Assembly: GCA_951406725.2 (NCBI GenBank)
Contig: OX597833.1
Coordinates: forward strand, 34,100,001 to 34,164,000
Length of the DNA: 64,000 bases
Reading direction: 5' to 3'
Origin: Octopus vulgaris
Lineage: Eukaryota
Below, piece after piece: positions 11,657 through 23,930 of the stretch. The notes under the pieces are model-generated. The model was not told the origin of the DNA, searched no databases, and saw only the letters and a list, made by a program, of their open reading frames with translations. Within the stretch, counting starts at the first letter, position 1. Each line of letters begins with the position of its first letter. The translations under genes and the position numbers were made by a program.

Positions 11657-13249
11657 ATTTATTTACTTAATCTCTAAAATTGGTGAAGTATGAACAGGTA
11701 TCACCCATGATATGGAAGCAGTGCATTCTTGAAAATCTCATTGCAACATAGTCATGCTCTATTCAACTTTTGTTTTCTTCAACCTTTTTATGTCTACTTA
11801 TCCATGCTGATACAGTTTGGGTGGATAATTTTCTAGCAACTCTTTATTTACTTTGTAAAACTCAGTATCCTGAGATCAACCCCTTACTACTTCTACCCTC
11901 TTGTCTCTACCTTTACCAGTGTTTAGTCAGAGAAAAAATGGTTTGCAACCATAACTTTTGTAGGACTTAGAAATTTGTGTGGAGAGGAGGGAAGAAACCA
12001 AAACCCATGTTACTACTTAAGAAACAACAATGCATCTATCTTCAGATTACACCCCTGCTGTAAATGCTTGCAACCGAGTGGACTCTGCTGAAGATGCCCA
12101 AGGTGTCAAATGGTAGTTAAACTGGGTAACAGATTGGGTTGACAAATTCAAATGTTAGTGTAAGTGTTGTTTAGAGAAAGATTTACTATGCCGAACTGTC
12201 TTACTCCAAGATATACTACAAGGATCTTAAACCAATAATGATGCTTTTACATTGTCACTCAATTTGCTAAAAATGCAAATAAATCTCCCTCAAATCAAAT
12301 TTTACTGGTTGGTTGAATGTAGTGGACAATTCAGACCTGGATATGAAGTGCTAGAAATGAAGACTGGGTAGCATTGAGTGGAATGATGGTGAAACAATAG
12401 ATTCCAACACACATTGTCTTTTAGCTGTCTCCCTAGATACCAATGATTTACTTGATCAGGGTTGATCGGGAGCTACACAACAAGAACAGTGTGAATCTTC
12501 AATTTGCAGGCTATTCAAGCTGAAATCTTGTCTCTTTGGAGAAAACTTTAGCTAATTTTATTCTTTTTTTCACTGTATCATCATTTAATGTCTGTTTTCC
12601 ATGTTAGCTGGTTTGACAGGATCTAGTGATCCAGAGGACTGTGTCAAGCTGCAGTGTCTGCTTTGGTCTGGTTTTTACAGCTGGATGCCCTTCATTTAAA
12701 AGATCTATCTCAAAAGAAATAATACAATTATAATGTCATCATTATTTTTATATTAGTGTGTATTACTTCTGTTAAAGCAACAACAGCTATTTCAATTCCT
12801 TAAAAAAAGGTGGGATGAAGAGGGTAGATTGTTTTGTGAGTCAAAGTTCAGGCAACCATTGGGTTATAAAGTTCTGTCACAGACAGCCTTTTTCCTCTTG
12901 AACAATAAATTGTACCTAGCCTACAATGTAAAATGGTTGGTAATCAGAAGAGCATCCAAACATAAAAGCTATGTCAAAAGAAAACAAACAATGACAATTT
13001 TCTCTATTGTTGTAAAAATGAAACAATAGGAGACAATTTGAGACTCCTATGTAGTTAAAATGGCCTAAAAGTGATGCCGATGATTCCTTAACTAACTTTT
13101 CTTTTATAGTTACAAAATTTCATAATTTACCTTTGTTTTTTGGGGTTTTTTTAATTTAAACTGCAGAATCTCAGAATATTTATCAAATTTTTGACTGACT
13201 GAAAGATGACGTATTGAAACCTTGTGGCTGGTAGTGTTTTTTTAAGTAT

Positions 13250-15400
13250 GCCTCTCACTGTTGCTTCAATAAAACTGAAAACTTATAACTGCAAATTTTA
13301 TGAACAACATCCAACTGAGGATATGTGCGTTGATAATTCCTACAAATATCTGCATTTTCAAAATTATTGATAAATGCTAAATTAGTGACCATAACAAGGA
13401 ATTCTGGTTGCAGCTAATCCAGGCTTTCAGTAATGAAAATATCTGCCTTATGTCCTCAGCCTGGTGGGAGCAAAGATCTCTGCACAAGGTGAAGTTGAAT
13501 TGATGTTGACTGAGTGTTGTGAAGTGACAGCTCAGTAAATGCCTCCTTCAAGATGAATTAATAGAAACCCTACCAGAACCACCATAGTGTTTTACTTGCT
13601 TGTCAATGAGGAGGAGGCAGAGAACTTGTACAAGATATTTCATGCTGCTGTCATAGCTATACCAGCTCATAACTTGTTAGCCATATTCAATGACTTCATG
13701 AAAATCATGTCATACTGACCAAGAAACATGTGGACTACATTCTTGTGAATGAAAAGCAGAGAATTGTTTGACACAAGTCAGACTGAGATCTATAGCTGTC
13801 CAGCACACAAGCCCTAAGGTGAAAATCAATTGGAAAACCTACATCTTTCAACTTATGTTTCAAACCCTGGTTATAATAAGTTCAGAATCATTTCCATTTG
13901 TTGAAAGAGAAGAGATTATTACTGATTACTATTAATGATTCATCAAGGCAAACATGGAAGCAATAAAGTGTCTTCCTCTCACAGCACCCTGACATTGTGG
14001 TGGTACAAAGTAGTGTCAGTGATTACTTTTGGGGAGTTCAGCACGAGCAAGTCAGGCAAGCTTTGGGACAAGTGGGCCAAGACTTAACTGAAGTGTATGA
14101 TCAATTAAAGAATGAGAAACTGGCCCAGAAAATCAGCAAAGTAAAAACAGCTAACAAAGACAAGAAACATAGTGAAGCATATCTTACGAAAGAGGAAAGT
14201 TCAGAGCAAGATGAATCTGTGGGAAGATTAGATGGGGGACATGATTCATTTACTTCAAGAATGTCCAATAATGAGCAATGAGGACTGATATGTGACCACT
14301 GTCTTTAATGGTATTCACATTAATGATGGCATATTAACCAAGGCTGAGCTGAAAAGGATCAGGAACTCTCTCAGCCAAGGAAAAACTGCTAGATTTGATA
14401 GGATCCCATGCTCAAGAATTGATATATGAATGACATCCTACTAAACTTCTGCAACACAGCACCAGTGAATGTTGACATTGGCTCCTTTCCAACATAATTC
14501 ATGTTCCCACATCTGGATCACTTACATGTCAGAATAATGCTGTGACATTAGTCTGACATGTGTCTCATCAAAATTCCATTATCAGATATTCCTCAGCCAG
14601 ATTTAGTGCAACCTTTGAGCCCAAGTTGAGATACTGCAAAAATAGTTTCCTTGAGAAGTGGACAATCATCATACAGATCCTGGTTCTTTGTAGAATAATA
14701 GAAGTAAAGAACAACTATCTACCTGGTGTCGATATTTGTTGACTTCAAGAAAGCATTTGATTAAATTCATTGGGAGAAATTGATCAAGATCTTGAAGGCA
14801 TATGAAATTGCATCTTATATCCTTTGAGCCATTAAGTGCCACATATATCAACACTGTGAGACAGGTGATCATGTGTCAAAAATGGAAACCGAAGTTTTGT
14901 TTCACTTGGATTTCTGGAAGATGGAATACCTGATCTGCAACATAGTTGATTGTGAGCTACTTAATTTGTTGAAGGTGCTCTGCTCAAACAAGTTCCTGAA
15001 AACAAATATCTAGGATCATTCATGCTAGGCCCAGAGAGGGACATCAAGATGCATAAAGGCTTTGTCTGGAAAGTACTCAATGTAATAAAGAATATCTGCA
15101 CCATCACCACCTCCAGCTTTTCAAAAACCTTCTTGGCAGCAATCGATTAATCTTCCTTTATGAGTATGAAATTTGTAACCTCACTAAGTTCAAGGTCAGG
15201 TATGTGACCAATGAATAACTTTATGACCTGTTCTCAGTTGACCAACAGACTAGCAGAAAAACAATTGTCTACCATCTGTGGGTATCAACTCATAGCAGTC
15301 TGAAATATGAGTCTCTTTCAAAAACCATGAAAAAAATCCTGATGGAGGAACTTAAGACAATGATGACTGGATATGTGGCCTGTTCATCATTGTGCCTGAC
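13250..15400 (+). mobile_element. Highly decayed RTE-like LINE (APE-RT)
   Basis: FVDFKKAFD near 14735, plus residual RT-like segments (LTKAELKRIRNSLSQGK, LLNFCN); many stops and frameshifts. Confidence 0.6.
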
Positions 15401-16169
15401 ACAAATACAAATTGTAGTCAATAGATGATAATGATCAAAGGCATTTCAACCCTAATAATCTTTTTTTTTTTACCTTTTTTACCTATGTGTACCTTAGAGT
15501 ACATAATCCATTATATCGTTCTCTTTTTAAAGATATTAGTGTGAGATTTCTATCAGATAGATTGATCACATAATTCTTCATTTGTTGACTCATTTTAACA
15601 ATGTGCAGTAGGGTTTGAAATGTTTGTTTAGATTTTATTATCATTCTCATTGTCTTTTATATATAGACCTATATTGCATGTATTCAGGTATGGCAGTGTG
15701 GTACTTTGTGGTAGTATCTTCTACCATATCCTCAGATTCATTAAAGCCTTTGAAAGACAAACTGTAGGAGCTTGTCTCAAAGACCACTTTTACTCTTAGA
15801 TGTTATACTTAATCCATCACCCACTTTAACACCACCACCTAGTTTTTAGATACTTTGAGCAGAATCTACTCTGTTGCAAGTATTCTGGCCAGGTCTCCAG
15901 TCTGAGGATAACTTCTGTCCTCTTCTGACTAAGCAATTAAAAAACAAAGACTACAGTTTCTCTCCAGTTATCTCCATTTGTTTTATCTGTAAAACCCAAG
16001 ATTTTTAAAGTCTGGTGGTGATATAATCTGCCAGCCAAGAAGCACATATGTCATCTTTTATTATTCTGACTCAGAATTCATCTCCCTTTATCATCAAAGC
16101 ATATATTTGAAAGGATTCGAGTGCTGTAACTTTTCTTTGGTTTCAAAATGATCAACATTCTTGTTGTTT

Positions 16170-16394
16170 TAACCCTATAGCATTTAAATCGGCCACATTC
16201 TGCCCAAATATTCTATGTTTTATGTTCAAACTGGCCAAATCCAGTTTCTTACATCTATCTTACAATGTCATTCTAAGAATGCATAACAGCATCATTGAAA
16301 TCTCTAAACTACAAGATAATACATGATTGATTCAAAATAATGTGAATAAATAAGCTTTACATTTAAGAAAGTAATATGAATGTTAGGGGGTTAA
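16170..16394 (-). mobile_element. piggyBac-type MITE (TTAA|CCC...GGG|TTAA)
   Basis: ttaaccctatagcattt...aatgttagggggttaa; same family as 27577-27802. Confidence 0.7.
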
Positions 16395-16974
16395 AAAAGA
16401 ATGCTATGTACTATGTCAGATTTCCATACAGTTTCTGTCAACCAGTTCCACACACAAGGCATTGGTTGACCAAGTGCCATGCAGTGTGATGGAATTCAAG
16501 ATGATGTATGTATGTATGGCTGTACAGTTAAGAAGTTCTCTTTACAACCATACAATTTTGGGTTCAATCTCGCTGTGTGGCATGTGGACAGAAACTGTGT
16601 AAGCCCATTATATATGTGTAGGAATGGTTATATTTCAATTATCGACATTTGAATGATGTAATGCTAATGTTGCTACCCCTTGTTCATATTAGCACTGGTT
16701 GTTCAGAGCTTTCAAAGACCTATGGTATATATAAAAACCCTTCGAAAACAGGTGAAAGTTTGCACCATGAAGGGTATCCAGTTTTAAAATCAATTCCTAT
16801 CCAAGCCATGTGAGCACAGAGAAATATGTACTCAATGAACACAGAATATATACATAATCGCTTCCTCAAGTTAAGCTTTACATAAGTCAGTGTTCATGAA
16901 TGTATGTGTGAGTATCTCTATCTATCTATCTATCTAGATACATACATACATACAGGCTGGCAGACAGACAGACA

Positions 16975-17345
16975 CAGGCATGGTTATGTGGTAAGAAGTT
17001 TATTTCCCATTTACATGGTTCCAGGTTCAGTTCCACCATATAGCAACCTTGGGCAAGTGGATATGGTAGACAGAAACTGAAAGAAACCTGTCATTTACAT
17101 ATATGTGTGTATGTTACTGTGTCTTTGCTTTGACATTTCATGATAATTGTAAAGGCATGTCACCATCATGTAAGCAATGTCCTTCATTTCTAGTATTCTG
17201 TGAAAATGTATCTGGTTATGGGAAAATATTACCCTGCTTGGAAGTAGTTTGGTAACAGGAAGGGCATCCAACCACAAAAGATGCACCTCAAGAAATTCCA
17301 TTCAGACAATGTGGGCATGGAAAAGTGGTCAGTAAAATAAAAATG
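16975..17345 (+). mobile_element. SINE with a family A head and an RTE-type tail
   Basis: ggcatggttatgtggtaag...ggttcagttcca head; aggaagggcatccaacc...gcatggaaaagtgg tail. Confidence 0.65.
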
Positions 17346-17698
17346 AAAGTGATATACACATGTACACACACAATATATAGAATATATTACAGTGCAATTG
17401 TAAGTTTTCAGTAAACCGAGTCTATTAAGCAGTTTTAATTTCATCTTGGAACTATTTCAGGTGAGTAACTAATGCTATCAAAGAAGCATAACACAAATTT
17501 CCATTTTTGTTTCAATAAACGTTTCTGAAACATTTAAACTGTATATGAAATAAGTTTGTGTGTGAATGAAGGTATCACTGTGTGATTGGAAAATTCATTT
17601 CACAAGCATGTGGTTTTGATTTTAATCTGCTTTATTCTTGGGTTAACAAGTTAATGGAAGCTGTGTGGAAGTTCAACTAAAGGACTGTCTCTGTTCTT

Positions 17699-17930
17699 AT
17701 TTCTTTACTGCCCACAAGAGGCTACACACAGAGGGGACAAACAAGGAAAGACAGACGGATTAAGTCAATTATATTGACCCCAGTGCGTAACTGATACTTA
17801 TTTAATTGACCCCAAAAGGATGAAAAGCTAAGTCGACCTCGACGGAATTTGAACTCAAAACATAGTGGCAGACGAAATACCGCTATGCATTTCGCCCAGC
17901 ATGCAAACGTTTCTGCCAGCTCACCACCTT
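17699..17930 (-). mobile_element. tRNA-derived SINE, family B (well-preserved copy), fused to the 5.8S segment
   Basis: Minus strand GGTGGTGAGCTGGCAGAAACG...GAGTTCAAATTCC (B-box); CpGs retained; homologous to 20184-20397 and 40673-40885. Confidence 0.85.
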
Positions 17931-17955
17931 CTTTTTGGTGGGGGACGATGGGATT

Positions 17956-18067
17956 CCGGGGCTGCAATGTGTGTTCGAGGTGTCAATGTTCACTGAGTCC
18001 TGCAATTCGCATCAGTTCACGCAGATAGCTGCGCTCTTCATCGACGGACAAGCCGAGTGATCCCCTG
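17956..18067 (-). pseudogene. 5.8S rRNA-derived retrocopy, truncated at both ends
   Basis: Minus strand reads GGATCACTCGGCTTGTCCGTCGATGAAGAGCGCAGCTATCTGCGTGAACTGATGCGAATTGCAGGACTCAGTGAACATTGACACCTCGAACACACATTGCAGCCCCGG. This is collinear with metazoan 5.8S rRNA, including the CGATGAAGAnCGCAGC and GAATTGCAG motifs. No 18S or 28S sequence is adjacent. Confidence 0.92.
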
Positions 18068-18321
18068 TCTGTTCTTGGCTAGTAGATTTACTCCTTAACT
18101 TGATTTAACACCACCATTTTGCTCATGGGTACAAATATTCAGGCCAAATCTCTGGTCTGAGGATAACTTACTCCTTTCTTTTCTTGGAGGCTTAACATAA
18201 GGGCCATGGGTGCTATCTTTCTTCCTTTAGGCCATAAAGCAAATACATTCTGCATGTATGATTAATACATATTAATACATCTGAACATAGATTCTTACTT
18301 AGATTAATTTTATCTTTCCAG

Positions 18322-18490
18322 TATAAGGATGCTTTTATGAAAGCCAATCCAGATTATAAGTGGCACAGTTATGAGAAATCAAATTTACTGCTGAATACAA
18401 GTTGTGTTCCTACCTTCAGAGATGATCAACCACTTCCTGCATCAAAACCAAATATCTCTTCAGATATCACCAATAAAGGCTTCAATAAAG
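18322..18490 (+). CDS. BBX: BBX coding exon 2 (completes the HMG box)
   Basis: Acceptor tttccag, then YKDAFMKANPDYKW, which matches BBX YKDAFMKANPGYKW in phase 0. Donor gtaagc at 18491, phase 1. Confidence 0.93.
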
Positions 18491-18968
18491 GTAAGCTGAA
18501 GTGCATTTTAGAAAACTTTAACCCTTTCAAGACCCTATAGTAGTTGTTGTTGATGCTTATTACCTATTAGTAAACACTGATCCAACTCAACTACATAATC
18601 AAAGGTGTTCCAGATGCAACCAACCTGTCTCTTTTTTCAGACATAGCCTATCTAAAACTACATTATCTAATGTGTCCTTCCTTCATTTAAGACAGTAGGA
18701 TCTTGGAGGAGATTTGATTGCTATTTCGGGTAGGTCCAACAAGCCATGTAGCTGTTCATAGTTACAGAAGTATTTTATGTGGTTTGTGACCATGTCCCCT
18801 CTTATTTTTTGCTGTGGGTGTGTACAGAATTTATTTGTGTTCAAATTTAGCCTTTCTTTGCAAAGTATATGTGAGTAACCATCGCTCAAATACCATATTG
18901 ATCAACGAAGCAAAAAATGCACACCATTTTTATTTGCATATTATTTGATATTTTAACATGAAATTGTA

Positions 18969-19240
18969 GTGGAGATGCATGGCCTAGTGGTTAGGGTGTT
19001 GCACTCATAATCACAAGATTGTAGTTGCAATTCCTAGACCAGGTGGTGCATTGTGTTCTTGAGCAAAATACTTCACCTCATGTTGCTCTGTGGTCACTTC
19101 AATATCTGACATCAATTTGATGGAGTGAGTGAGTTAATGTGTGGCACATACATTTGATCACTAAAAACAAATCATTAGTGCAGGTCATTCGACAAAAGCT
19201 GAACACTCATACATTGTCTTCGATAGGAGAGTCCATCATA
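18969..19240 (+). mobile_element. tRNA-derived SINE with a family C-like head and a different tail; 8-bp TSD
   Basis: TGGCCTAGTGGTTAGGG head and TGTGTTCTTGAGCAA core; tail gtcttcgataggagagtccatca. AAATTGTA occurs at 18961-18968 and 19241-19248. Confidence 0.78.
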
Positions 19241-19819
19241 AAATTGTACAATTAATTTCTTCAATTAAGAATATTAGGTTTCACCTTGCAAATATTGTAT
19301 GTGTTTGTATTTTTTTTTTTTTAGCTCTTATTGTAAAATGTGTGCATGTACAAGCTCATGACTCAGAAGAAACACATACTGTTGATAACAGAGAGCTGTA
19401 TTAGGTAACACTCTGACAACTGAGATTTACGGAAAACATAGTTGTATAAGATAACCATTATACTATGTCTTAGGTGATTCAGAAGTGTAAATGGCTTGAT
19501 TTGGTGATATTAGAACAACAGTTGATCAAAATTTTGTCAAAGAAGCCAGTGTTATGAAATTACTGGTGTTGTAACAGTTTCTGTTTCATTGCTATAATGT
19601 TTTGCAGAACATGTATATATATAAATTTTTTTTTAGCTAACATTGTATGTTACAACAAATATAAACAGTATGTTGGCTGATAAGCCTTATGTTCTATAGT
19701 ACATTATAGCAACAGACTGAAACATTTTTAACACACCAGTAATTCAATGTTCAATTTTGCTGCCCTGAAAATATTAAACATGTAAATTGATCTACACAGT
19801 TTACCATACTCTCTAATGT

Positions 19820-20026
19820 CGGTTTCAAATTTTGGCACAAAGCCAGCAATTGTGGGAGTTGGGGTAAGTCAATTATATCAACCCCAATGCTTGATTGGTA
19901 CTTATTTTATCACCCAGGAAAGGCAAGGTTGATCCTGGTGGAATTTGAACTTAGAGCATAAAGACAGATGAAATGCCTCTAAGCATTTTGCCTGGTGTGC
20001 TAATGATTCTGCTAGCTTGCCACCTT
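19820..20026 (-). mobile_element. SINE family B
   Basis: Reverse complement of the family B body. Confidence 0.8.
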
Positions 20027-20183
20027 ATATACCTTCTAACATTAATGGGTTTATATACTGTTTGTGCATAGCTGCTGATGAAGACTCAGAAAAAAATCAA
20101 AACGTACATACTGCTGTTCCCTCTTTTTTTGTCTGCATTCATATTGTACAGACAAATTGTTTACATTCATTATAACACACAGT

Positions 20184-20397
20184 AAAGGTGGCGAACTGGC
20201 AGAAACATTAGCATGCCAAGCGAAATGCTTAGCAATATTTCATCTGTCTTTACATTCTGAGTTCAAATTCCACTGATGTCGACTTTGCCTTTCATCCTTT
20301 TGGGGTTAATAAATTAAGTACCAGTTTGTACTGGAGTCAATCTAATCGACTGACCCTCTCCCCCCAAATTTCAGGCCTTGTGCCTAGAGTAGAAAAG
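20184..20397 (+). mobile_element. SINE family B with 15-bp TSD
   Basis: attata(a/g)cacacagt at 20169-20183 and 20398-20412; B-box gagttcaaattcc. Confidence 0.85.
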
Positions 20398-21722
20398 ATT
20401 ATAGCACACAGTGTTAGCTAAAAATCCCAATACATATGTTGTATGGTAGAGTACAGCAATGACATTTCATTTAGTGCCAGGTTAACCCTGACCGACAGAT
20501 CTATATTATAAAGGTATTATTGTTGTGACCTTTCCATCTATTCAAGCAGTTTTTCTCAGACTACTTTATCCAAAGTCTTTTTTTTAAAGATATTGAGGCA
20601 TGATTTAAAAGAAGAGATGCTTTTTCACTTGCTTGTTTGCCCATCTTTAATGAATCATATGTATTCAACAACACAAAGGAGATGCTCCTCATTATATATA
20701 TATAGCATCTAAGTAACACATTTAAAAGTAGAAATATGTAAATCATAAGCAAAACCCAAAGAATGAGAAGCAAGTTGAACGACCTGCTCCTAGTTTTTGA
20801 GTTCAAACCCACTGCAGTTGTTCTATTGTTTATCTGGACAGAATACTTATTTCTACTTTACCTCAGTCAATCCAGCTGTCAAAAGTGGGTAACATAACCT
20901 TTAGGAGGAAGGGATTTATATGTCTTGGAAATAGATCTCTGCTAAGTTGATAAATTTTAAGATTATTTTTTTTTAAGTTAGATTATTGTAGGGCCTTCAG
21001 TTTTCATGTTGGTGGCATACATATTTTACCATCAGTAATTCACCCAGTTTTGTTTTGACTGACATCTACCTGCTCTTGTTGGTACTTTTTGTTTTGGTTC
21101 ATTATTAAAGATAGTGTGTGTGTGTGTGTAGACATTACAGCAGATATCCAGTAAGCTTTGGAACAGAACATTAAAAACACAAGCCTTTAATCCTTCAGAT
21201 GCAAATCCATCTGAGACTAAATCACTAGTCCTTCAGGACTTATTTTAAAACATCCATTATTTCATGTAAGGACATTTTTAGTTAGGTCCTAAGTATCTGC
21301 TTAATAATGAAAAAGTTGGTTATTTTATTAAATTCCTCAAATTCTCAATTTCAAGCCAAATGAAACATTTGGACTGCAAATAATTGCACCAATCATAACT
21401 TTACAAAGGTAATTATTGAAACAATTTATAAAACAAAGTAACTAAATTACTTTATTAATTGTAATCAAATGATAAAATAAATCTTATTTCAGTGGATCAT
21501 AAAACTTTGATGTACTCAAATATATTGTGTAGAAGACCAAAAGCACTTGATAAAATGTCTTTTAAAAAAAGGGGGTGATGATGAAATCTTTGCAACAAAA
21601 CTTCTATTTGATTTATTTTGCATCTAGTGAAACTAAACTAGATACTGAAGAACAAATTCAGTTTTACTTAAACTGTCACCACACTAAAAAATGCTGAGTT
21701 GTGCTAATTTTTGTAGTCAGTA

Positions 21723-22630
21723 CTAGCAGACATACCGAACATTGCTCGGGATTTAAATGGCATATTTTGTATATATGTTAAGTTGAAACGTGATACGGGG
21801 AAGTGCAACATTGACGACAAAACATTTGTGGAATAAATGAAGGGCTAATTTGACTGACATGTCATGCATCTGTTTGGAAGATTCCAGGCCCTAAGCTTGT
21901 CTTGGTAAAGTGGATGGGGGTATGTGATTTTTGAATGCACCAAAAAACTCTCAGTGGAAATACTCTCCTTTGTACCTGTTAGCACTGCTGCTACCACGCT
22001 GAACAATCAGCAGACATAGGAACTACATCCATGTGATAAATTAAGCCTGTGAGCATGCTCAACAGCACCGCATGAAAGAAATGACATGGTATGGGTGATG
22101 ATTGGCTGAAGTTGTTAATGCAGTATTCCCAGCCAGGTGAATACTACACTGCTCATCACTTTCCATTGCTCTTGTAGTAGCTGTACATGTAGCATTTTGT
22201 GATTGTCTAATTGAAATTTCACGTAACGATTCATTTGCTCTCCTTTTCAATTTCTCTGCTACCTCCATTTTTTGACCAATGGAGGATCTCTTCTTTGGAG
22301 ACATTATGTCAAGAAATATCACATAATAAACTAAGATGACAATTGTATGTTAATAATGAAATGTCAGTAAAAAAAAAAGTAAATAATATCAATATCTTAA
22401 CAAATTTTAAGAAAAGTTACTCTGCAAAGAGTTACCTCCCTTCTCCATAGTAGCCGTACTTACCCAAGGAAAGGGGGTTTCTGGCCTCAGAGGTCCCATT
22501 ACTCATTATGTGAAAAATTTTAAGAGTCTAAAACCACCTCTGGAATATAAGTAATGCATGTTCCAGTTTGAAGGAAATCAGTTGCAAACTTCAGAAGTTA
22601 TGCAGGTTTACACACATACATACATACAAC
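21723..22630 (-). mobile_element. Non-autonomous Helitron with a Rep N-terminal coding remnant
   Basis: The minus-strand 3' end has hairpin CCGAGC-AAT-GTTCGG, then CTAG|T. ORF 22059-22322 MSPKKRSSIGQK...RRANES...RAMESDEQ is typical of Helitron RepHel N-termini. (TACA)n lies near the 5' end. Confidence 0.72.
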
Positions 22631-23419
22631 ACTAAAAGCATGTTGAGAAAAGCTATAGTACTTGTTATAATCATGTTTTTTTTTCTGTTTTACGGGTTAA
22701 TAAAATGTTTATATTACTCTAGTGTCAGTATTGAGCTCTATTGTTTTCCATAACCATAAGTTTATTTTGGTATGTATGGTGTATGTATAAGTTATGCAGA
22801 AAATTATTCTGTAAAATGTGATTGTTGCTATTCCAGATTACTGCAAGCAGTTCAAAAGATTTACATTTAAAATACTTTCAAAGTAGTAGTAGTAGTAGTA
22901 ATTGTGACAGTGCTGTTGTGGGGGGGGTATGCTTTCACAGCACTATCAACATTAAACTAAGAAGTGTTGAAATAATTCTTGAAAAACACCTGTGTGGAGT
23001 TTAAGTCCAGATTTAGCAGTCTTGGTACTTGACATAGGTCAATGTTACATGCCCTGAACCAGTCAAAGGTCACTTGACAATATAATAAGGAAATATGATA
23101 AAAGTCTAAAAGTCCAGCAGCCTGTCCATCAGTATAACTGACAACTGTCTGCCTACAATTTTATGCTATCTGTGTACACACACACACACACACACATAAT
23201 TTAAAGTAATAGGAAAGTTTATTAAAAGCCTAATCTTCATTGAAAACTTGTGATATGAGATGGTTAATCTTCAGTGTGCTGTTGATATTTAGCTTCAGGT
23301 CAGCCCTGACTGAGCAAAATTATCTCAATAGTGTCTACCCAATTTCTCTTTTGGCTGTGATTAGAGAGTGTACTACTTGCTATATATATATATAGAAGAT
23401 CAAGTAACTATGTAAAGGG

Positions 23420-23930
23420 CTATCTTCACATAGCTTTCGTTACCTTGGTGACCAAGTCAGCTGTGGAGGAGGATGCTCTGAGAGTGTAGCTGCTGGAATA
23501 AGAATAGACTGGGCAAAGTTCAGAGCTGCTACTTTTGTTGGTATCAAAAGCCTTTCCCTCGAAGTGAAAAGCAGATTGTATGATGCCTCTGTGCAAACAA
23601 CCATGCTACATTGTAGTGAAACCTAGGCTGTGACTGCAGAAAACATGTGAAGAATTGAAAGAAATGAAGCTAATATGCTTGGCTGGATATGCAGTGTCAG
23701 TGTGTCTTAACACAAAGATTGGGTATAAGAGGCATGAGATGTAGTGTACAAGAGAGAAGACTGTACTGGTATGGCCATGTGATGCATATGGATGAGGATA
23801 CCTGCATAAGGAGGGAACCTGTGGAAGAGGTTGACCCAGAAAAGCATGGGATGAGGTGATGAATTATGATCTTCAGATGTTGAGTCTTACAGAAGAAATG
23901 ACAACTGAGATTTCTTGCAAGTTGCTGTGC
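23420..23930 (+). mobile_element. RTE-clade LINE 3' fragment
   Basis: Decayed RIDWAKFR..L..VKSRLYDA..TMLH.SETW; same family as 53820-56700. Confidence 0.75.

Noticed and set aside
17956-18067. Functional 5.8S rRNA gene or rDNA unit
   Set aside because: Truncated at both ends, no 18S or 28S neighbours, fused to a SINE inside a TSD. Its closeness to the rRNA-processing gene RRP1 (42 kb away) is treated as coincidence.
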